Source: Octopus sinensis (Eukaryota). Taken from it: a DNA stretch of 64,000 nt. Within the stretch, counting starts at the first letter, position 1, and each line of letters begins with the position of its first letter. Shown in pieces: positions 28,620 through 43,429 of the stretch. The notes beneath the pieces are model-generated. The model made no database searches and was not told where the DNA came from. It saw only the letters and a program-made list of their open reading frames with translations. Made by a program: the position numbers and the translations under genes. Location of the stretch: assembly GCF_006345805.1 (NCBI RefSeq), contig NC_043006.1, positions 61,194,001-61,258,000 of the forward strand. The letters run 5' to 3'.

Positions 28620-30520
28620 ATTGTGTATATCTATATATTAAACATATCAATAGCCAGAGATGACTTGGATATGTTCACCTCCAAAAACACATCAAGGAAG
28701 AACAATCAGATTTTATTTGATGTGATTAATTTATATACGAGTATACCTCGTAAATATTGCCTGGACCAATTTCCGGAAGATATTCCAGAAAGGATCAGCA
28801 ACGAATTTATAATTGAATTCGTTGAATTCATCCTACAAAATAACCTCTCCCACTCCATGTTTGACAATACGTTTTAAGACAAAAATCCGGAATTGCCATG
28901 GGCACTAGGGCAGCCCCAGTCATTGCGAACGTAACAATGAGCTATCTGGAAATAATAATACACCAGGAATCTTTAACTACCTTTGGGAACCCCCTTTCCC
29001 AATACATAAAATATAATTGGAAAAGGTTCCTAGACGACTGTTTCATACTCTGGAATGGAAACACAAACACGTGAAAATCAAAAGACTATTGAACAACGTA
29101 AACCCAAACACAGTTCACAAAGGTGTACAACCAAAAATAGCTTCCATTCTTGGATATACTAATTAAAAAAATCAACCTAAAAAGAGAAATGGACATATTT
29201 TACAAAAGCACAGGCGCCAAACAATATCAACTATTTCATTCATGCCACCCAAGACACACTAAAACAAACATCCTCTTCAACATTGCAAGAAGGATATGCA
29301 AATAGTGTCAGAAAGAAATACCATAGACTTTAGACTCCAAGAACTCAAAAACACCCTATTTGACAGATACTACCCAATTCAACTCATAGAGGATGGAATC
29401 AGACGTGCAACAGAAATCGACATAGAAACCTCAAGCAAAGTTCAACACAGCAACATACCTTCCCCGAAAATACTGCCGCACATATCTCCATACAACTCCA
29501 CAAACTAAGAAGGCTTTACCATCATCACCCAAAAATTACCAACGTTACATAAGGACCCCAAATTAAAGGAAATTTTACACACACATACGATTATTAAAAG
29601 GCACGAACACCCGAAATCACTAAAAGAGGTCCACACAAAAGCAAAATTATTTTCCAAAATAAGGAATGCAAAAGTGAAACAAAATGCGGTGGCCCAAATT
29701 GCGCAACATGCCCAAAACTTATAGAAGGACTAGAATTTCTTTTCAAGGAGGGACAAATATTCAAAATCAAATCTGACTTTACTTGCCCTTCAGAAAATCG
29801 GATTTATGTCATTAGATGCTCGGGCTGCCACCAAAACTACGTAGGGTCCACGGGATTATCTCTCAGACGCAGATGCACTTTGCATCGAGAGCAGATTGCC
29901 TTCCCAGAATACAGAATGATGCCCTATAGTGAATATATTGAGAAATGCGCAAAGCAACTACTACCACAATTTGAAATCTTTCCATTTTATCAATGTGCCA
30001 CTGGAACGCCAACACAAGTTACATTAAATAAGGAAACCTACTTCATTGAAAAATATAAGCCAAAGCTTAAACATTTCTGTCATTTTTAAATAAGGAAACT
30101 TTCCTCATTGAAAAAAATATAATGCAAAAGCTAACCACTTTTAACATTAATAAATCATTAAAACCTTGTCTTTCTGAACCAAATCATGTTAAATTAATAA
30201 AACCTAGTCATTCCCAACATATTCTATTATCTCCCTTACACCGAAAAATCCCTGATTACCTTCCCCTGTCTGGGACCGTCGTACTTCACAACATTGCGAA
30301 ATGATGACACAATATAGGTAAATAAATTTGAAAAATTTGTAAAGGAAATACGAAACCATTTTTTTCTCCGAAAACAATGTTACTATACTCAAAATTTTAT
30401 AACATTTTTGTAGCATAACGATTTAAATATATTCTTTAACCTTTAACCATATAACGCAAGCGTTCTGTTTTGCCGCTCTATTTTGTCTTTTATACATCCA
30501 ACCACGTGCCGACTCTTTCA
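28620..30520 (+). mobile_element. Penelope-like retroelement copy 2 (Neptune-like), pseudogene
   Basis: [62 protein letters not shown]; colinear with 23926-25500; decayed HHR at about 30330-30368. Confidence 0.92.
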
Positions 30521-30557
30521 GCTATATATATATATATATACAACTTGTATACACACA

Positions 30558-30622
<65 letters not shown>

Positions 30623-32452
30623 CTTGTATACACACACACATATAAGGTAAACAGTAATTGGTGAAATATCGATCAGCAATAATTGACTAACATCGATTAT
30701 TACTTTCTAATGAAAATAAATTTGATCTCATTTAAAAGCTGTTTCTGCATCCATTGTTCCACAGTATTGCTACTGAAAATTATGAAAATAATATTCATCA
30801 TATTTGGTAACACATCCGATCTGGAACATGGAGCTTCATGAGAGTAAAGAAAAAGACGTAATAGAAACGAAAAGAAAAGAAAAGAAGACTATCAAGTAGA
30901 AGAATACGGCTTAATATATTTCAATAATACCATCTTGCGTACGTGGCGCTTTAGGATGTTGAGTAAATGGCTAAACTTAAAATATTAATTGGTTAATTAT
31001 TTTTTCTATGGGTGTAACAGGGTGTATAAGTAATAAAGAAAGTAAAATATAAATTATACCATATCAGGATACGCAAATAGGTCTAGAAAAATAGGGAGTG
31101 ATAGTGCCATAACGTTTTGAAGTAATCATAATAGTTCTTAAAATTATGTAGATAGTAGTAATTAATAGTTTATACTAATAAAATGCTCATCAATTAATTA
31201 CAATTATTCACTTACTGTTAATAAAGACCAAACACCTATTATAAAGACCAACCACCTGTTGCCCGTAATGAGATTGACCAAAGTTCAACTTCCGATATAA
31301 CTGTTAAGTTAAACTTAAAATCAAAGGGCACGCTATTAAGACCGTTATTCAGGAAGATATAAATGAATAAATATAAACGTATGGAGATATAGTATATGTT
31401 GTATCCGCTTATGAAGTTGTAAATGAACACAAGCATGTAAACAAGCACCGTGTGAAGGAAAGAACAGCGCCCAAGGTGTCATTAAATCTAGAAATGTCCC
31501 TATTTGGACAATTGGCGGTTTGTGGGGAGAGGGAATTTGGACAAATGCTTTATAAAATAAGAGTGAGGAATTAGTAGACAAAGAAAGTAAATTAAATAGT
31601 AGGAATGCCTAACTTCTGCACTAACAGCCACAGTACCGAAGCAGTGGTCTTCCTAGTCAAACAACCAGTAATTGGTTAAATATTCCTAAACAGATTCATC
31701 CTAGTGGGCCGATGGAATAGTATAAGTAAAATCTCCAAATTAATTAAATGATTACAATTTAATTACTTGCTAATTGCTACTATTGTTGCCGATGCAGGGC
31801 CATACTACAGTTTACTTAATCATACTTAGTATATATATTATTATATTATTATTATTACTAACATTGTCGATATATCAACCCTTGTTTGGGTGCATACATA
31901 TAGGGACTACCACAACTGCACTTCCATGCATGCTTTGATGCGCCTAATAACAATAATATTTCATAGGAAAGCGCCAACTACTATACAAAGTACAAGCAAA
32001 TACAATCTAAAGAGTTGTAAAGTTAATATTAAAGTGTTAAATTTTGTTATACGGGGTTGGGAGGTGGAATGGGGATCCTTAAATGGGTAAATCTGATAGG
32101 TCACAAATAAATGGCGGTAGGCCCATGCTGCCTGAAATTAGGTCCAGAATGAAATTAAGTTAAACAAGCTAATGCATGGTGCGGAAAGAAAGTTAGTTGC
32201 AAATAAAGCCATTGCTAAGGTGGCAGGTTCAGGCTCAATTTAGGTGGGGGGTAATTGTGGGCGAATGAGTATTTATGTTTTTTATTTTCCAAATTAGGTC
32301 CATATATATATGTGTGTGTGTGTGTGTGTATGTGTGTGTGTGTGTGTGTGTGTGCGTGTGTGTGTATCATTTGTATTACAATCCAATGTCAGTGCATGTG
32401 TGCGTGTGTGGGTAGACGCATACTGAATGTAGCCCGTCGTATATATATGTAC

Positions 32453-32548
<96 letters not shown>

Positions 32549-33928
32549 TTGTGTGTCTTTGCTTGTCCCACCACCATCGCTTGACAACCGATGCTAGTGT
32601 GTTTACGGCCACGTGAACTAGCGGTTCGGCAAAATACAACGATAGAATAAATACTAGGCTTACAAGCAATATGTTCTAAGTCAATTTCTTCCACTAAATG
32701 TGGCCCCCATCATCGCTGGGCAACTGATGTTTGTGTTTTTACATCCACATAACTTAGCGGTTCGGCGTAAGATTCAGATAGAATAAGTACTAGGATTAAA
32801 AAGAATGAGTCCTAGGGGAATTTCTTCGACTAAAGGCGGTGCTCCTGTATAGCCACAGTCAAACGGCCGAAACAAGTAAAAACTTTGTTTTTTTCTCTTT
32901 TACTTATTTCAGTCATTATACCCTGACGTTGTTGGTGTACCACCTAGAAGAATTTGTTGTTGAACATATCGACGCCAGAATTTTTTCTCTGTTTACTTGT
33001 TGTAATTATTAGACTGCGGCCATGCTGGGGCAACACGTTGAAGCATGTTTTCCCGACTGTATGGAACCCAGATTTTTCCTTAAGGCGGCTCTCTTTTCTC
33101 CTTTGTACTTGAGCACCGCCTTCAAAAAAAATTACCTGAATATATTGACCCAGAATTTTGTTAGGTGATTTTCAACCAGCGCATGAATTTAGAACTAGAA
33201 GGTATCTGAACATGCTAGAAATATCAGACAAATTTCTTCAATTTCTTTTAATAAAAAATATCAGCCAAATCTCTTCAATTTCTTTTAATAATTTCACATA
33301 AAGATAAATGGTAACCGCGTTTGTAAAAGAAAATAAATTATTTTCCAATTTCCAATCTTTAAGTAAACAAAAATATATTAAAACGAAAATAAGAAGTTGA
33401 ATAGAATAACTGAACATAAGACTCTTTATCACTCAACTGAAGATCAATTTCCTTTCTTTCGCTGCCTACCTGCACAATAGAAACCGTACAAGATCATTTT
33501 CATTTCTTTCCTCTCTAACTTCAGAATAGAAACTCTAACTTAGCTTTTACTCCGACATTTTCTTTTCTTTCACATTTACCATATAATAATGTTCGATGTT
33601 GGTGAGTTTACGTCCCCGTATGTTAGCGGTTCGGCAAAAGACACCCAGTGAATGAGTACTACACTTACAAGAAATAAGTCCTGCGGTCTATTTGTTTGAC
33701 TAATGGCAGTGCTCCAGCATGGTCGCATACCTTCATAATATAAACCGTAGACGATCACTTTCGTTTTTTTCCCTGCCTACGTTCCGAATAGAAATCGTAA
33801 CATAGATTTCACTCAGGCATTTTTCTAGGTGTCGCTCATACTACATCAGAATTTATGAGGTTAGCTCTCATTTTCCTATCTCACTTCCTTAATTTATTCA
33901 ACTCAAACAATGACGGGTGTTTCTGCTA

Positions 33929-33979
<51 letters not shown>

Positions 33980-34420
33980 TAGACAGACAGACAGATAGGC
34001 AGACATATATACTACGTAGATTTAACTTACCTAGAATTACCATCATTAATACATACGTCTGAATAAATTTTGGTAGCAACCACACTTATTCCCAGCCCAA
34101 TAGTTTGAAAGCAATAGCATATTTAAATAGTAATTGCTTCAATTGTAATAGGTTTTTATATCCCCTGGTTACTAGTTTTAACCACTACTGTTGATTGTTT
34201 ATAATCTTAGGAATTCGTGGTAATTATATAGATTTTGATACTTCAGTTTTAAAATAAGAAGTTGTATTTTGTTTTGTATTTTTGAAATAGCTAACTCACA
34301 TTTTTCTAAAATGTAGTTGTAATTGCCAACACCCTGCCAATCACTACCTGGAAATTGTAGTTTATCAATTGTGTGTGCATGTACGTGTGTACGTGGGCCG
34401 CACATGCCTGTGTCTGCGTG

Positions 34421-34460
<40 letters not shown>

Positions 34461-35830
34461 CTGCTGAAATGAATTGATAGGCCCATATATATCATGCAAA
34501 GGTACATCTTTTTTTTCTCTGTTGAAATTATACTCATGTCACCTAAATGTAAATTTAATGTACACATTTTAATTAAATCATTGAGTGTTAATTTAAAGAG
34601 CTGTAATAAGCGAAAATGATCAATTTCTTAATAATAAACAATTATCAACTTCCTTATATCCAGTTTCTTTCCTTGTTTTAAAGGGGTATAAACTATATGC
34701 TTAATATATACCTATTGTTTTAAGGGAATTTCTTTCCCCTACAGTCATTTATTAATGATTCATCAGTGGCCAGCGTACAAAAAACCATATGGGTTAAAAA
34801 TGTATTTATAAATATATAACTATAATTAAAAGTGCGGGGGGGGGGGTAGCGCCGGTTAGTTGGAAATAGAGGTGAAATTATTACAAATCTCTTAAGTTAG
34901 CGCTCTGTTTACCACAAGGGTGTAATGGAGGAAAATGGAAAAAGCGAATTATAAGGATATTGTGGGCAACCATATATCTCAAGAGTTCATGTTTTGTAAT
35001 ATTAAAATATTTCGCATATTTATTTATTTATTTATTTATTTTCGGTCAGTGTAACCTACTGATAATTCTAAAGCAATTTTAATATTGCAAAACATGATAT
35101 TAAAAAAAAATCTTTTGTCTATTTTCCTCGCATACAGCCTCGTGATAAACGGAGTGTTAAGTTAAGTGGTTTATATATGTATGTATATGTGTGCATGTAA
35201 AATCAATTAATTTCAGCGACGAGACTAGAATTGACACAAATATCACGAACGTTTCCGTTAATGAGTGCCGTTTATCCAATATAACTTATAAAGTTATGCA
35301 ATACATGCAATACAGGTGACATATAATAACTTTGCTGTTCATTTTCCGTCTGAGATATTCCGATGGAAATGTAGTCAAATTCTGAAATGGATCTGTTATG
35401 CAGGATAAATTTATATAACTTCATGGGTGTGACAACAGCATGCAAAATGACCAAAATTAGGCAATTCATCATCATCAACACCGATTGTAATTCCAACGAA
35501 GAAAACGGGCATAACTCTTTCTTATATCCCCACCATGAATTTTGCGACGTTTTCCTTCTCAGTACGTTTCTTCTTTCGTTCTTTCTTGTTCACTTCCGTT
35601 TTTTTTTCTCACAGACTGGCCGTATTCTGTTTTCGCTTGATATTGAAAGATTGTAAGATAGTACATGCAACAGAAGATTATCCGACTGTTGCACTATCAG
35701 AGTATGAACCTTATAGTAGCTCACATGTAAACGCTGTGGATATTAAATCAGATTTATCTCTCATTGCATGAAACACTATCACTAATAGCAGAATATATTA
35801 TGTATATACATACATAAATAAATAAATAAA

Positions 35831-35866
<36 letters not shown>

Positions 35867-36562
35867 TCCCTTCTTTCTCCTTCTCTCTTGGTCACTGATT
35901 CTGTCCCCTGCCTTCCACCCTCTTTGATTCCCTCTCTCTCTGTCTCTCTTTCTCTCTCTCCCGCGACCTGCTGCTTCTTCAACCATTCTGTTGGCCTTCG
36001 TATCTCGACCAACATGTGTCCCCGCTACCGAAACGGTAATTATTTCTACGCCAGCTGCTATGTTGTTGTTGTTTTGTCTCATTTGGTCTAAAGTCGTATG
36101 ACAACCACCGTATATAATATTTTGTTTATTCATTACTGTTTTCAATTTCGTTTTCGTCTCTTGTATTCACATCCGTCTTGTGCGTTCACATTCCTGTCTT
36201 CTACCAAGAAATCTAATGCTTACAGCTTAGTTTTTTTTTTCTTGGGGCTGGCCGAGTTGGAGCAAATATCAGAATTGAACAGCCGAAATTTGCTATGATG
36301 ATTCGGTGTCTGACTGAAGATTGAAGGCTTCGAATGATTTGTCTGTGTTCCGTGTTCGTCCCTTCCTGTATTTCACGTTCATTATATATAAAAACATTCA
36401 TTCTTATATATATATATATATATATATGTGACCTGGAACCCACAAGTGTAAACAAGAGAGACAGAGAAAGTCAGAAACAAGGAAAATGCCATTGATATTT
36501 GAACACTATATTCCCTTAAAAAATCTTTTCTTTTAATTTTTCTAAATTTAATTACTTAATCC

Positions 36563-36606
36563 TTACAGTTGAAAAGGTCTCAAAATGGCCGAAACCGGTA
36601 CTGAAA
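36563..36606 (+). ncRNA. Minimal type I hammerhead ribozyme with UUGAAAA core (solo pLTR-like)
   Basis: TTACAG / TTGAAAA / GGTC-TCAAAAT-GGCC / GAAA / CCGG / TA / CTGAAA; downstream tail resembles that after the HHR at 10171. Confidence 0.7.
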
Positions 36607-36947
36607 TGTTCTTTATAAAATTATTTTGGTATTTTCTATCTTGACTTGTTTTTTCATATATATATATATAGTAGGTACTGTAAATTTATCCTTTGTGGTC
36701 TGATTTTAATTTATATTTGATATATATATATATGGGGGAGTTGTAAGCATGTATGTATCTGTATATATATATATATATATATATACAAAAAGCAATAAAG
36801 ATTCAAGTCAATTTTAATGAATTTACTTGAATATGGTACCTAACTTAGATGCACCAAAAAACTATACGGTTTTAACAATACAGTAATGTGGGGTGATTAT
36901 AAGCGAGAAATAAGCAACAAGAATGTTCTTGTTGCTTCTTTCTCGCT

Positions 36948-37036
<89 letters not shown>

Positions 37037-40013
37037 TATATACCTATATATATACATATATATATATATAAATTTCAGAATGCTTCCATATCTAAAAATG
37101 AAAAATACCATCATGCTTTGTGTTTCTGAATGATCGTGTCCAATTGATCCTTCATTGATGATATTCAGATATTAATATGTCACCAGGAATGCAACATAAG
37201 TGCATGTAAAACATGTGATAGTTTAATGTTCGCTTGTATAGATTTTTAAAAATATTCCAACATTTTAATAACCTTATTCTCATAATTGCTTAATGTCACG
37301 TCGCTTAATTTTGTATCTGTAAAGCATTTTACATGTACTCATTTAAGTGTTTGGAATTATATAACAGGTTAATGTTATTTGAATATGCAAACACAAAAAT
37401 TAGATTCTGTAGCGAAACTGTTAAACATTTCTAAATATTTGAGAAATATAATATTAAGTTATATCATAATGCCACGGGAAAAAAACCTTTTAATCTACAG
37501 AATTTAATCATATCTGTATTCAGTTTATCTCAACATGCTTGCTTCTGATATTGCTTGTTCAATGCATATGTACATAGCTCATGTCGATGTACAAATAAAT
37601 GAACACGTTGTTAGATGATTTTTTTTTTGTCACTGACAGGTTAAATCTTATAATTTCAAAAATATTCGTGATTTACGTTAATGACTCTGTGATTGATCAA
37701 CTATCAAATTATAGTATTGACTCAATCGATTTCCACATTTCTACATATTTGTAGAAATGCTGAGATAGTACCCAGAATTAACGTTTCATTTTTTTATTGC
37801 ACTCATTAAAATTTCATTTCCGTTGCTGGTGATCATGACATTTCTATAGTATTGATATACTGATTTCCAATTCGTTGCACGGTAATGGTGAAAACAGCCC
37901 TGCATGAAAATAGATATGTTTAAGTGATTTGAAAAGTGAAAAAGAACTAATTAAATGTACCACTATGGATACCGACTGAAGGTCATCCTGTTTTTTTTTG
38001 CTGCTCTCCATGCTGGGCCTACTCTTTGAAATTATCGTTTGATTGAAACCAATAATCTATTAGCCTATAATATGAAAAACGAGAGACCTCCTCAAGGACA
38101 TTCTGACATGCAACTATCGCAACCACTAACGCTGAAAAACTGAGCATTGGTTGATTTTCATTTGAAGTAACGGAAGAGAAATTATCTGAAAATTATTTAC
38201 CCACAGCACTGGTATTTGAATTTTTATCTTCCCCGGAAAGGGTTAATTTTACCGTGACATGAACAGTGCTTTCAATGTTATAAAGGCCACAAGGGTGTAC
38301 AGGGGCGTTCACTAATGTGAAGTAAAAATTATTTAGAATATTATTCTACTTTTCACGGGAGGACTCAGACTATTAAGCTTAAGTATGGAACTCTATTGGG
38401 AAATCAATACTAATCGTGACGAAAGAATAGTGTAGAGATCTTTAAAGTTATATATGAAAGTAGAAATGAAAACATTTCTAAAAAGATGGAGTTCTTAATA
38501 TCTTGCTAGGAAATATGAATATGAGCAGAAATAAAAATATTGTTTTGCATTTTATTTTTATAAATAGTGGCTTCTAATCTCAAATTACAAAGGAAAAGCT
38601 AAATAAATATAATGGACTCAGGAAGGAATCGAGTCATATACTTTTTGCGAATATATTATACGTGTCAGAGGAGCAAATGTAATAATCATTTTATTTCGAA
38701 AATCTTCATATTTAGAAAGTAGGAGCAGTGATAAGAAATGATAATTAATTTGAATATTAAATATTTGTCTACATCCTGATGAATTAGTTCTCTAGATTGG
38801 TGACCTCAGGCTATGTATGGCTTCAAATATGATGGCTTCAAATATAACCCAATAGATACATTACCTCATTACTTGTTGACATATATATATATACATATAA
38901 TTATGTTTACATATTTACTTATATGTATGTGTGTATCCCTGTGCCTCACATTACATTACAAAATTATTATATATGCATTAAGTGCGAATATATTAGATGT
39001 TTACGTCATATAAAACGTTCCAGTTACACATGTATAACTTTTTTATTGTCTAATGTAAATTGTGTCAAATTCCATAGCAACATGGCACACATATTAGATT
39101 AGTGGAAATCTCAGAAGACTGTTATTCTCTATAACATTTATGTTTAAATACTCCAATTATTTTGGTATCGCTAACCACCAAAAGTTTACTAAAAATTTAT
39201 TAATTGCACTTTTGTTTCTCTGGTCCGTCTTTAGACAATGCCTTCTAGACTCTGAAAAACTCATATAAATGAGAACTGCATAAAACAATGTCCCCAATTA
39301 TATTTTCATCAAATAAACTATTCCATCTCTGTAAAATACAAACTATATAATTGGTTATAAATCAGAATTTTCAGACAATGAAGTGCATTTTAGAATATTT
39401 TTTCGTGAAAATATTTCGTTTTATAGTCAAAAATGTTTTCATGGAAACAGTTTGCTGTGATGGACCTATGAATAGATGGTTTCACCACACAGGACATCCT
39501 TGCATGTTGCCTGTCCGTCACATTTTTCGTAAACGGAAGTGATATATTAATAATTATTTTTTCCTTTAAGTTATCTTGATACACATAAAATATGTAGAGA
39601 ATGGCCCACTTCAAACATATGACGTCCGGGCGCTTACATTGTTTTTCACGCTATGATAACGTTAAAAATGCGGTATATTTTGCTTAAATTTCAATCAACT
39701 GACAACAAAAGGACACATATACACACTTTCTATATATTGTTGAATTAGTATGCATTATTTGTATAGCTAATTGCATAGCTAATTATTGTGTCGAGGAGAT
39801 ATCGCCAAGCTTTTGACCAAATTTGATGCAGATTCTCAGTTCAACTCTCACTGTTAATGCTTAATGCTACGATCACGCGCTATATGCATTCCTTCCAAGT
39901 ACTGCTGCAAACAGCGGGAGTGAGCTAGAACGTTAAAACTAACTGCTCATGCATAGTAGAGTTGAAGGTCATTAGTCTGTGCCAAGTGGCTTCACCTTGC
40001 GTGATTTAGCTTC

Positions 40014-40027
40014 GTTACTATGGCAAC
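40014..40027. promoter_or_regulatory. Candidate RFX X-box motif
   Basis: GTTACTATGGCAAC matches GTYNCY-AT-RGNAAC; lies in non-repetitive-looking sequence; function unproven. Confidence 0.25.
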
Positions 40028-40544
40028 AGTCCGGATACTTATTGATCAGTTCACGTTTGGTCAAGAAGGCTTTTATGAATATCAACACGGTTCAATGAAA
40101 GGGAGCACCAGGAATGAATATTAAAAGCGTGTTAGAATGGTATTGAGTAATGAGCTGAACACCTTGAACAGGATTGAAACTATAAACTTCCTGGTGGTTC
40201 CATTCGTCCTGTATAGCTTTAATGGCAACAACTGAAATTTGAGGGCCTCCAAATTATGGACATAAAAACCAGGAAACTAGTGATATTAGGAAGGATGCGT
40301 TATCTAAACTCAGACGCTCACAAGTTCTATCACCCACGAATTTGAAATGTCCTTTAAAACAACCATGATAGGACACTAGATGTACTTTCAACTCTATGTA
40401 AGTTCAGTCTGGTAATATATATTCATCATCATGTGTACATGTAAATATATTTTGTGTATAAAATCCAAGCCGTCTTTTTAGCTTATTCACATAAATGTGT
40501 ATATATATGAATATGACTTATTTCCTTAAGTTTTAACTTCACAT

Positions 40545-41255
40545 ACTTCGGAAAAGTCAGCTTGCTCAGCAATATATCGTTCCACACATTCCATCCGCTT
40601 TTGGAAACCGGCCAGGAAATCGTTTTTAATCAGCAAATCGATGACCTACTCTGATTCTCTTACGATCTCTATAACTGTGTTAAAACGGCGACTTTGACCT
40701 ATATTTTCCTCCTGAAGAAAACGATGGAAGTCTGCAGGTGCGAAATCTGGCGGGTGAGGAAGAGATGCCATGCTGTTTTGGGCGAGAGAAGCACGAGAAT
40801 AGAGCTGGGTGACAGGGCGTATTGTCGTCGTGAAGAATCCAGTTGCTCTCACGCCACACATCCGGTCACTTTCGCCGCATCTCCTACCTCAAACGCCCCA
40901 AAACGTCTCAGTAGGGCTCCCGATTGACGGTCTAGCCCCGGGAAAAGAATTCTCGTTGCATCCTCTTGATTTAACTGCTTCCCTGTCGCGCATTTTGAAG
41001 CGCCAATGCATCTCGTTGCCGTGTGCTTACCGAAGGATGTTGAACGTCTCTGTAGCAGACGTCCGAATCTTAACGCAAGATTTCACGTTGGCTGCTTATC
41101 CCAAATTCAAGCCCATGCGAAAAATCACAACTTGCCAAATAAACACAGAAATGTCACTCAGCGCACTGCCTCATCTAGATGACTGCTAACTCTCATTGCG
41201 CACGCGATCGTATGCTGCCATCTGTTAATGCGCTACAGAACTTATCCGGGAACTC

Positions 41256-41257
<2 letters not shown>
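40545..41257 (-). mobile_element. Internally deleted mariner remnant
   Basis: Minus-strand ..LPHPPDFAPADFHRF.. (YSPDLAPxDF-like), a decayed HHDNA region and a C-terminal FQKRMECVER. Confidence 0.7.
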
Positions 41258-41300
<43 letters not shown>

Positions 41301-41301
<1 letters not shown>

Positions 41302-42336
41302 TAGCAGTATCACCCGGTGTTGCTTGGGTTTGTTTCGACCCTTTATAATTGGAATTTTCGAAAAGTAAAATTTGTGCATTATGGAACTTGTTATTCCCTT
41401 CAAGTGAACATTTTTCCGGTTGAAATACACCGAAAAATGGTGACACATCAGTCAAAAATCGTAAAAAATAGGGATTTTCATAGAAAAAAGCACCTTTTTG
41501 ATGTAAATAATTTTTGGTGTTAACATGGTCCGATTTGAATTTTATCTACTACAGAATGAAGAGCAAGCCTTCTTCTATCATACTCTCAATTTTGGTTAAC
41601 TTGCACTGCAGGGTCTCGAAAGAGATAGTGTTAGTTGAAGGCTACGAAACCTGCCACACACAGACAACTTCAGCTTTATATATAGAGATTTGCTACACAC
41701 TACTTCCCATCATTAATAATGAAACTTCGTAGATCCAAAAGTTAAACACACAGACACACACACAGATACACAGAAGTTGTGTTTTATATATAGATTTCTC
41801 ATCGGAGATTTCAGGGGAGGGTTTCAAGGAGTCGCTGGCGATGTATCGTGATGATCATAAATCCGGCCTGCTAAAATTTGGTTAAAGTGATTCAAACTAC
41901 AGACTCAACGCAAAATGGTCACATTTAATTCAAAGCGTTAAAAATGTTATGAAAGCAAAGTACAAACGATTATTACGAAAAAACCCTCAAGGCTACATAC
42001 CGAAAATTCATTTCTTTGCCGAATTTCTACAATGTTTACGGCGATTCGTTTTTATATCTTGATTTTTTATTTTTCATGCAATTTACGCATGCTTGCACGC
42101 GTGGTGAACACAGTTCACGTCAAACAGCTGACTGAGTAAAATTCACTATTCAATGCATGGGATAAGGCCTAAACAAACACATTATGGATTTTTGCCCTTG
42201 CGAGAGAAATTTCGGAACAGAAATAGAGCAGTTCAATTTTCATTCGCTTAAGCTTTAAGTGACCCATTTTTGGTGCTTCTACGATTTGTTGGCTAGGAGG
42301 AGATGTGCCGTGAAGTTAAACACACAGACACACAAG

Positions 42337-42392
<56 letters not shown>

Positions 42393-43398
42393 CTAGCAGT
42401 ATCACCCGGTGTTGCTTGGGTTTGTTTCGACCCTTTATAATTGGAATTTTCGAAAAGTAAAATTTGTGCATTTTTCCGGTTGAAATACACCGAAAAATGG
42501 TGACACATCAGTCAAAAATCGTAAAAAATAGGGATTTTCATAGAAAAAAGCACCTTTTTGATGTAAATAATTTTTGGTGTTAACATGGTCCGATTTGAAT
42601 TTTATCTACTACAGAATGAAGAGCAAGCCTTCTTCTATCATACTCTCAATTTTGGTTAACTTGCACTGCAGGGTCTCGAAAGAGATAGTGTTAGTTGAAG
42701 GCTACGAAACCTGCCACACACAGACAACTTCAGCTTTATATATAGAGATTTGCTACACACTACTTCCCATCATTAATAATGAAACTTCGTAGATCCAAAA
42801 GTTAAACACACAGACACACACACAGATACACAGAAGTTGTGTTTTATATATATAGATTTCTCATCGGAGATTTCAGGGGAGGGTTTCAAGGAGTCGCTGG
42901 CGATGTATCGTGATGATCATAAATCCGGCCTGCTAAAATTTGGTTAAAGTGATTCAAACTACAGACTCAACGCAAAATGGTCACATTTAATTCAAAGCGT
43001 TAAAAATGTTATGAAAGCAAAGTACAAACGATTATTACGAAAAAACCCTCCAGGCTACATACCGAAAATTCATTTCTTTGCCGAATTTCTACAATGTTTA
43101 CGGCGATTCGTTTTTATATCTTGATTTTTTATTTTTCATGCAATTTACGCATGCTTGCACGCGTGGTGAACACAGTTCACGTCAAACAGCTGACTGAGTA
43201 AAATTCACTATTCAATGCATGGGATAAGGCCTAAACAAACACATTATGGATTTTTGCCCTTGCGAGAGAAATTTCGGAACAGAAATAGAGCAGTTCAATT
43301 TTCATTCGCTTAAGCTTTAAGTGACCCATTTTTGGTGCTTCTACGATTTGTTGGCTAGGAGGAGATGTGCCGTGAAGTTAAACACACAGACACACAAG

Positions 43399-43402
<4 letters not shown>
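41301..43402 (-). mobile_element. Tandem head-to-tail pair of a composite non-autonomous Helitron (about 1.04 and 1.01 kb)
   Basis: Near-identical units 41301-42340 and 42393-43402 separated by (TA)n; minus-strand 3' end ACCCAAGCAACACCGGGT hairpin then GATACTG-CTAG; internal ATCTCTATATATAAA 5'-type ends. Confidence 0.85.

Positions 43403-43429
<27 letters not shown>

Noticed and set aside
36820-36880. TTGAATA..stem..AAAA hammerhead-like motif
   Set aside because: Core and GAAA are both altered and the stems are weak
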